Position numbers and translations under genes: made by a program
Assembly (NCBI GenBank): GCA_050298595.1
Contig: JBNKUM010000091.1
Coordinates: 1-44,453 of the forward strand
DNA: 44,453 nt
Origin: Gammaproteobacteria bacterium
GTDB taxonomy: Bacteria > Pseudomonadota > Gammaproteobacteria > GCA-001735895
Reading direction: 5' to 3'
Shown: positions 38,065 to 44,453 of the stretch, one piece after another
How positions within the stretch are numbered: the first letter of the stretch is position 1
Layout: every line of letters starts with the position of its first letter
Notes under the pieces: generated by a model
What the model was told of the DNA's origin: nothing
Database searches by the model: none
What the model saw: the letters and a program-made list of their open reading frames with translations, nothing else

Positions 38065-40632
38065 ATGAGCAGTAATAAACCCCACACCCCCATGATGCAG
38101 CAATACCTGAAGATCAAGGCCGAGCATAAGAATATGCTGGTGTTTTACCGTATGGGTGACTTTTACGAACTGTTTTTTGAGGATGCAAAAAAAGCCGCGC
38201 GTCTGCTTGATATTACGCTGACCAAACGCGGCCAGTCAGCAGGCGAGCCGATTCCGATGGCTGGCATCCCTTACCACGCGGCCGATTCTTATCTGGCGCG
38301 CCTGGTTAAACAGGGTGAATCCATTGCTATTTGCGAGCAGATAGGCGACCCGGCTACCAGCAAGGGTCCGGTAGAGCGCAAGGTTATGCGTGTGGTTACC
38401 CCTGGGACACTTACCGAAGAAGCATTGCTAGAGGATCGACAGGAGAATCTTCTGTGTAGCATCTATAAAACCAATGGAATATGGGGACTGGCCTCGATAG
38501 AAGTTAGTACTGGCCGCTTTACCTGTAGTGAGCTAAGCAGCGACAACCAGTTGCAGGCTGAAATCACCCGGCTGAATCCGGCCGAACTGATTTACTGCGA
38601 AGACCAGCCTTTACCGCTGGAAAACCGACACCTGAAACAGGCGCATTATCAACCCGCCTGGTACTTTGATTACGATAGCTGTTATCGATTGCTCAACGAG
38701 CAATTTCATACGCGCGACCTGCGAGGTTTCGGATTACAGGATTATCCTGTTGCCATCTGTGCGGCAGGTTGTTTGCTGCAATATGTTCAGGATACCCTGC
38801 GTACAACGCTGCCTCATTTACAGTCCATCAAAACCGAGAGCATTAGCAACAGCCTGTTGATAGACTCTGCCAGTCGTCGTAATCTGGAGCTCACCGAATC
38901 GCTATCCAGCCAATCCAGTTCGCACCATACGCTGTACGGGATACTCAATCATTGCGGCAGCGCGATGGGAACACGCGAACTCAAACGCTGGATGCAGCAA
39001 CCACTTAAACAACAACACACCATACGCCAGCGCCATCAGGCGGTAGATCAAATTATTCAGCAGCAATGTCAACAACAACTGGCTGATAACCTGAAATCAA
39101 TCGCTGATATTGAACGCATCAGCAGTCGCATAGCGCTATCCTCTGCCCGACCACGAGACCTGACTGCACTGCTTGGTAGTCTACGCAATCTGCCTGCGAT
39201 AGAAACTATTCTCGAACAACTCGACAGCCCCTTAATCGATACCTTATCTGCCGCGATTGAACCGCTACCCGAACTGATTGAATTGCTGGATAAAGCGGTT
39301 ATCGCAGAGCCGCCTATGCTTATACGGGATGGCGGCGTCATTGCCAGCGGTTACGATGCCGAGCTGGATGAGCTGCGTGGACTGAGTGAGAATGCCGATC
39401 AATTCCTGCTGGATCTGGAACAGCGCGAACAGCAGAAAAGCGGCATCAATAATCTTAAGGTTGCCTATAACCGGGTACATGGTTTTTATATAGAAGTCAG
39501 TAAGCTGCATAGTGAGCAGGTACCCGCTGAATATATCCGTCGTCAAACACTTAAGGGGGTTGAACGCTATATCACGCCCGAGCTGAAAAGTTTTGAAGAC
39601 AAGGTGCTATCCGCTCGCGAACGTTCGCTGGCACGTGAGAAGCAGTTATACGAAGAGTTACTCGGCAAATTATCCGAATATTGTGCTCAGATACTCTCTA
39701 CCGCCAGTGCACTGGCTCAGATAGATGTACTGTCGAGTTTTGCCCTTTGTGCCGAACAATATAACTGGTGCCAGCCAGAATTATGTACAGACAACCTGCT
39801 GCATATTCAGGGAGGACGGCATCCGGTTGTGGAACAGGTTCAGTCCGACCCCTTTATTGCCAACGATGTAAAGTTTGACAACACTACACGTGTACTGATG
39901 ATTACCGGCCCCAATATGGGTGGTAAGTCTACCTATATGCGACAGACCGCGCTAATAGTCATCCTCGCCTGTATGGGCTGTTATGTACCCGCCAGTAGTG
40001 CAGAAATCGGGCCTATTGATCAGGTATTCACCCGCATTGGCGCCAGCGATGATCTATCCAGCGGTCGCTCAACCTTCATGGTAGAAATGACTGAAGCAGC
40101 AAACATTCTAAACAATGCCACCGAAAACAGTCTAGTGCTAATGGATGAAATCGGTAGAGGAACCAGCACCTTTGACGGCCTGTCACTGGCCTGGGCCTGT
40201 GCACAGGCACTTTCCTGTGAAACTCGCGCTATGACCCTTTTTGCCACGCATTATTTTGAACTCACCCAGCTGGCCGAAACCTATGACGCTTTGATCAATG
40301 TTCATCTGGATGCCGTTGAACATGGGGATAACATTGTGTTCATGCATCAGGTAAAACCTGGCCCGGCCAGTCAAAGTTATGGCCTTCAGGTTGCTCGCCT
40401 TGCAGGCATTCCAGAATCCGTTATTCAACAGGCGCGTCATAAATTGCAGGAGCTTGAACAGCAGAACCTGGCACATCCACAATTCGATTTATTCAGCATG
40501 CCAGCTGCGGTAGCAGAAAAAGCCCCTGCACCCAAAAACCCGATACTGGATGAGTTAAGGCAACTGGATATCGACAGCCTGTCTGCGCGTCAGGCACTCG
40601 ACTACCTTTATCAGTTAAAAGATAAATTATGA
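38065..40632 (+). CDS. mutS: DNA mismatch repair protein MutS
   Basis: [47 protein letters not shown]. The ORF opens at 37993; the likely start is 38065. Confidence 0.99.
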   Translation: MSSNKPHTPMMQQYLKIKAEHKNMLVFYRMGDFYELFFEDAKKAARLLDITLTKRGQSAGEPIPMAGIPYHAADSYLARLVKQGESIAICEQIGDPATSKGPVERKVMRVVTPGTLTEEALLEDRQENLLCSIYKTNGIWGLASIEVSTGRFTCSELSSDNQLQAEITRLNPAELIYCEDQPLPLENRHLKQAHYQPAWYFDYDSCYRLLNEQFHTRDLRGFGLQDYPVAICAAGCLLQYVQDTLRTTLPHLQSIKTESISNSLLIDSASRRNLELTESLSSQSSSHHTLYGILNHCGSAMGTRELKRWMQQPLKQQHTIRQRHQAVDQIIQQQCQQQLADNLKSIADIERISSRIALSSARPRDLTALLGSLRNLPAIETILEQLDSPLIDTLSAAIEPLPELIELLDKAVIAEPPMLIRDGGVIASGYDAELDELRGLSENADQFLLDLEQREQQKSGINNLKVAYNRVHGFYIEVSKLHSEQVPAEYIRRQTLKGVERYITPELKSFEDKVLSARERSLAREKQLYEELLGKLSEYCAQILSTASALAQIDVLSSFALCAEQYNWCQPELCTDNLLHIQGGRHPVVEQVQSDPFIANDVKFDNTTRVLMITGPNMGGKSTYMRQTALIVILACMGCYVPASSAEIGPIDQVFTRIGASDDLSSGRSTFMVEMTEAANILNNATENSLVLMDEIGRGTSTFDGLSLAWACAQALSCETRAMTLFATHYFELTQLAETYDALINVHLDAVEHGDNIVFMHQVKPGPASQSYGLQVARLAGIPESVIQQARHKLQELEQQNLAHPQFDLFSMPAAVAEKAPAPKNPILDELRQLDIDSLSARQALDYLYQLKDKL

Positions 40633-41471
40633 AGCTGCCGCTAGAGCTGCATGTTAAGGCGCAACAAAACTGCAAGGCAGAGGATCTGCTGCAACAGACA
40701 GCTGAACTATCAGCGGATATTATTCACAGCTGTTTCGACAATGGCTCAGTATGGCTACAAAAATTTGCCAAACCGATTCGAATAAGAGATACGGAAACTA
40801 TATTAACCGCAGGTCAGCAGATATATCTCTACTGCAACAAGAGCACACTGGACCCCTGCCCCTATGTACCCGCACTGATTAAAGACTTTGAAACCTTCAG
40901 TATCTGGAACAAACCCTCCGGGATGTTAAGTCAGGGCAGTAAATGGGGTGACCACTGGACGCTTTATCGCTGGATAGAACAGCATGTCTGGCCGCAGCGA
41001 CAATCATTCATTACTCACCGACTGGATCGGTTTACGCAGGGCCTGATGATTGTTGCGCATAGTGAAGAATGTAATTCTCTGCTGCATCGAATGTTTGAAA
41101 ATCGTCAGGTGAAAAAAACCTACCGCGCGATAGTAAGAGGATTGATTGATAATAAACAGACCTTCGACATTGCAAGCAATGTACAAAATAAAAAAGCCGT
41201 CACCAGCATCCGATTAATTTCTCAGAATACACCGAGCAATTACTCAGTGATCGAAGCAAAACCGCAAACGGGTCGCAAACATCAAATTCGAATACACCTT
41301 GCGAGCATCGGTCACCCGGTGCTAAATGACCGTCAGTATGGCACTGAACCACATGCAGGAGACCTCCGGTTACAGGCCAGTGCACTGGAGTTTACTCACC
41401 CTTATACCCAACAAAAATTGTCGATTAATCTATCTGAAAAAGAGTTATTATCGGCGCAACTGAATAACTAA
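40629..41471 (+). CDS. RluA family RNA pseudouridine synthase
   Basis: [14 protein letters not shown] catalytic motif, [11 protein letters not shown]; ATGA overlap with mutS. Confidence 0.93.
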   Translation: MKLPLELHVKAQQNCKAEDLLQQTAELSADIIHSCFDNGSVWLQKFAKPIRIRDTETILTAGQQIYLYCNKSTLDPCPYVPALIKDFETFSIWNKPSGMLSQGSKWGDHWTLYRWIEQHVWPQRQSFITHRLDRFTQGLMIVAHSEECNSLLHRMFENRQVKKTYRAIVRGLIDNKQTFDIASNVQNKKAVTSIRLISQNTPSNYSVIEAKPQTGRKHQIRIHLASIGHPVLNDRQYGTEPHAGDLRLQASALEFTHPYTQQKLSINLSEKELLSAQLNN

Positions 41472-41491
41472 ATTAATTCTGGAGCCTTTTC

Positions 41492-41815
41492 ATGACTTAC
41501 GTTGTACTGGAAAACTGCATTCGCTGTAAATACACCGACTGTGTCGACGTATGTCCGGTAGACTGTTTCCACGAAGGCCCCAACTTTCTGGTGATTGATC
41601 CCGACGAATGCATCGATTGCACGCTATGCGAAGCCGAATGCCCCGCGCAGGCTATAGTCTCGGAAGACGACCTGCCCATGGAGCAGGCTTATTTTCTTAA
41701 GCTCAATGAAGAGCTGTCACAACAATGGCCCGTAATCACTGCGCGCAAGGAACCATTACCCGATGCTGAAGAATGGAATGGAAAACTCGACAAATTAAAA
41801 TATCTGGAAAAATAG
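41492..41815 (+). CDS. fdxA: 7Fe ferredoxin FdxA
   Basis: [26 protein letters not shown]...[12 protein letters not shown]. Confidence 0.96.
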   Translation: MTYVVLENCIRCKYTDCVDVCPVDCFHEGPNFLVIDPDECIDCTLCEAECPAQAIVSEDDLPMEQAYFLKLNEELSQQWPVITARKEPLPDAEEWNGKLDKLKYLEK

Positions 41816-41897
41816 GGCCTTAGTTGATATTCCGCTGTGGACAAGCCAGCAGTAACACACTAGCATTTATGTTCTTTGAGTAAATAAGGACATTAGA

Positions 41898-42821
41898 ATG
41901 CCTGCACTCACCTCAATTTCCTGTAAATACGATGCTTTCAGCGCATTAGTTAAAATACACGACCCTGAATTATTGCTAGACGTTTTTATTAATCAACTCG
42001 CCCCTGATCATATTCAGGACTTGCAGGTAGAAATATTTGAATGCATTGATAACAAGTGGCACAAAATCACCGCAAACGGTTGTACAACCCTGGAATTTGA
42101 CCCGCTTAAACGTGAAACACTGAAAACCAGGATTAATCCCGATCAAAGCAATACATGGTTTTACGACTCACAACTCGAAAGCTGGTTCTGTGTTTACAAA
42201 CCCCTGAGCGGCAAGCAGTTCGCGTTGTATCTAAAGATCACCGATCCAGACCATATTATTGATGAAGAATACACCCAGTTGTTGTTTAGCTTTTACTGCC
42301 ACCAGTTACTCAGCCTGGAAAGTACTTATAGAGACAGCCTGACCGGGCTATATAACCGACGCGCTTTCGACCTGCGCATGGACTCCTTACTGAAGCAGCA
42401 CCATCGTCCACGCCGACAAAATCAGCTCTCCCCTTCTTATTTTGTCATGCTGGACATCGATAATTTCAAAAGCATCAATGATGAGTATGGTCACCTGTAT
42501 GGTGATGAAGTATTAGCTACTGTCGCCAGAATCATGACTGATTCATTCCGCGAATACGATCTGCTATTTCGTTATGGTGGTGAAGAATTTACTGCGGTGT
42601 TAATGGATATAGATAAAGAACTTTGCATAAAGGCACTGGACAGATTTCGTCAGAATATTGAGCTGCACGTATTTCCAAAGGATAATCAGGTGACTGTGAG
42701 CATGGGTTATACGGACTTTGATACGCAGTTAACGATAGATGAGATTATTGATCAGGCGGATAAGGCGCTGTATTTGAGTAAACAGCATGGGCGGAATCAG
42801 ATTAATAAGTATAGTCGGTAG
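41898..42821 (+). CDS. Diguanylate cyclase (GGDEF)
   Basis: DSLTGLYNRR, DIDNFKSINDEYGH, RxxD I-site (REYD) and GGEEF are intact. Confidence 0.93.
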   Translation: MPALTSISCKYDAFSALVKIHDPELLLDVFINQLAPDHIQDLQVEIFECIDNKWHKITANGCTTLEFDPLKRETLKTRINPDQSNTWFYDSQLESWFCVYKPLSGKQFALYLKITDPDHIIDEEYTQLLFSFYCHQLLSLESTYRDSLTGLYNRRAFDLRMDSLLKQHHRPRRQNQLSPSYFVMLDIDNFKSINDEYGHLYGDEVLATVARIMTDSFREYDLLFRYGGEEFTAVLMDIDKELCIKALDRFRQNIELHVFPKDNQVTVSMGYTDFDTQLTIDEIIDQADKALYLSKQHGRNQINKYSR

Positions 42822-42845
42822 TTGGAGTAGTTTTTTCCGCTGTCA

Positions 42846-42923
42846 TTACTCCGGGCTCCATGCCCTTCACCCTTCGGCCCGCACTGATTGCGATCATAAT
42901 CGCTCCCGACGATTTTGTTGTCA
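42846..42923 (-). repeat. Palindromic GGA-loop repeat element, same architecture as 8841..8915
   Basis: Minus strand: acaaaatcgt-cggga-gcgatt...gggccgaagggtgaa-gggc-atgga-gccc-ggagtaa. Confidence 0.6.
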
Positions 42924-43123
42924 AAAGCACGCCTCTGGCCTCCTCGGCTCAGGCGTCCAGCATGATTCTACATGCGGATACCCTGCCCTCTATCCTCACA
43001 AAATCAGACCATTTCCGGCACTCCATAGGGCAATTAACCCCAAACCACACTAATGAGGGAAATGCTCAAAGCAGAGCATCGTCTCGCTACAGTCGGATTC
43101 TGGAGTTAATGTGGAGAAAACCG

Positions 43124-44170
43124 TTAACGTCTTCGGGAGCGTTTACGCCCGGGTGCTTGCGACGCTGAACCCGCTTCAACTGACAGCTTACCCTGCAATT
43201 GTGCAATAGCACCTGTGCTAAGTGGCCCCAGTTTCTCTTCGATCTGTTCCTGTGTTGGCACTGCGCGGGGCTGGTGCGTATCAATGGCCTCGCGCATCGC
43301 CGCGACATGCTCGGGCATGGTGCCACAGCAACCGCCGATAATATGGGCGCCCGCATCAATCGCCATGCGCGCGTATTCAGCCATGGTTTCGACCGTACCG
43401 TCATAGACGATCTCGCCATTGACATATTGAGGAATCCCGCAATTGGCCTTAGCAACAATCAGAGGCTGAGTACTGTCGCCCATCGCGGTTCTCAGGTTAA
43501 TCACTGCAGCCACCAGCTCTGCGGCACCCACACCGCAATTCGAGCCCAGCGCAATCAGTGGGGCATCGGTCTGACTGGCATTGGCGACGATATCCGCCGC
43601 AGACAGTCCCATCATCGTACGCCCGTTAGTATCGATACTGTAGGTAGTCACAATTGGCAGTCCGAGGCCAGCACAGGCTTCGACTGCGGCATTGGCTTCC
43701 TCGGCAGAGGACATGGTCTCTATCCAGAAGACATCCACGCCCCCGGTCTTCAGCGCCTCGGCCTGCTCACGAAAGGCGTCGACAGCCTCTTCATATGTGA
43801 TTTTACCCAGGGGAGCCAGGATTTCCCCGGTGGGACCAATCGACCCGGCCGCAACGATCTCACGCCCTGACTGTTCGATTTCCTGTTTGAGCAGTTCAAC
43901 CGCCGCAATATTCAACTGTGCAACACGATCAGCAGCCTGGTGCTGTTGCAAACGATAACGACTGCCACCAAAGGTATTACTAAGAATAATGTCCGACCCG
44001 GCTTCAACAAAACTACGGTAATGTGCGGCGATGCGCTCCGGATAATCGCTATTCCACAACTCGGGCGCATCGCCAGTTTGCAACCCCATTCGAAACAGGT
44101 TGGAACCGGTAGCACCATCAGCAAGAAGTACGCCTTTACTCTGGATCAGCTTTTCTAACAAATTGGACAT
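43124..44170 (-). CDS. bmt: Homocysteine S-methyltransferase family protein (stand-alone MetH N-terminal/Bmt-like domain)
   Basis: LLADGATGSNL, APELWN, IETMS; Zn ligands in GSNCG and IGGCCGT. Likely start 44170. Confidence 0.85.
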   Translation of the reverse strand: MSNLLEKLIQSKGVLLADGATGSNLFRMGLQTGDAPELWNSDYPERIAAHYRSFVEAGSDIILSNTFGGSRYRLQQHQAADRVAQLNIAAVELLKQEIEQSGREIVAAGSIGPTGEILAPLGKITYEEAVDAFREQAEALKTGGVDVFWIETMSSAEEANAAVEACAGLGLPIVTTYSIDTNGRTMMGLSAADIVANASQTDAPLIALGSNCGVGAAELVAAVINLRTAMGDSTQPLIVAKANCGIPQYVNGEIVYDGTVETMAEYARMAIDAGAHIIGGCCGTMPEHVAAMREAIDTHQPRAVPTQEQIEEKLGPLSTGAIAQLQGKLSVEAGSASQAPGRKRSRRR

Positions 44171-44315
44171 GATTTTCAACAAACAGGGAAAAACGCGATT
44201 ATGCCTCAGATGAACATAATCACCTATAATCGCGAATGGAAATGTAAAGTTTCGGAAGTGAAATCCGGGTTAGAGAGCAATAGTTTCTAACATTAGTGGA
44301 AATTGTTCTCTGACC

Positions 44316-44453
44316 CGAATGGCACTGACTTAAGCCCAAGTCATTGAAATAATTAGAATAGATTGTAAAAGTGACTGGTGTAATATTAGGCTTCAAATCG
44401 CCAAATCATTCACCAACATCAGGGACCAGTCACATGCGCCATCATAACGCTAA
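44316..44453 (+). mobile_element. Probable left end of an IS4-family element with the start of a transposase ORF; truncated by the window end
   Basis: cgaatggcactgacttaag at 44316-44334 (18/19 inverted match at 18889-18907). ATG 44434 gives MRHHNA, recalling the MRHxNxVF starts of IS4/DUF4372 transposases. Only 6 codons are visible. Confidence 0.5.

Noticed and set aside
42787-43870. Plus-strand ORFs 42787..43053, 42860..43168 and 43199..43870
   Set aside because: They overlap a repeat element or are antisense to the methyltransferase gene; no recognisable motifs.
18889-44334. Composite transposon between the two matching 19-mers
   Set aside because: The ends face outward relative to the putative transposase, and the interval includes core genes (mutS, fdxA).

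Overview
Gammaproteobacterial chromosomal window. The conserved backbone is tRNA-Ser(GCT)<-csrA<-lysC<-alaS<-recX<-recA<-pncC(cinA) ... mutS->rluA-like->fdxA, with two accessory regions. (1) Beyond the tRNA-Ser 3' end lie a copper-enzyme-like cluster (truncated multicopper-oxidase-like gene, ~1,880-aa secreted beta-helix protein, divergent SCO protein), a degenerate cyclase-FHA gene and ~600 bp of nested GGA-loop hairpin repeats. (2) About 22 kb separate pncC from mutS. This stretch holds a MITE, a collapsed alpha-2-macroglobulin/pbpC relic, AraC+DMT, a giant lipoprotein cytochrome c (76 CxxCH + 1 CxxxCH by manual count, with an exact 40-heme-offset internal duplication), a VWA/membrane-protein/two-component module, an SBP-HAMP-only module, cytochrome b561, MscS and a FadL-type porin. 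The window ends with a GGDEF gene, a stand-alone homocysteine methyltransferase and the probable left end of an IS4-like element. All calls come from reading the sequence; no database searches were run.
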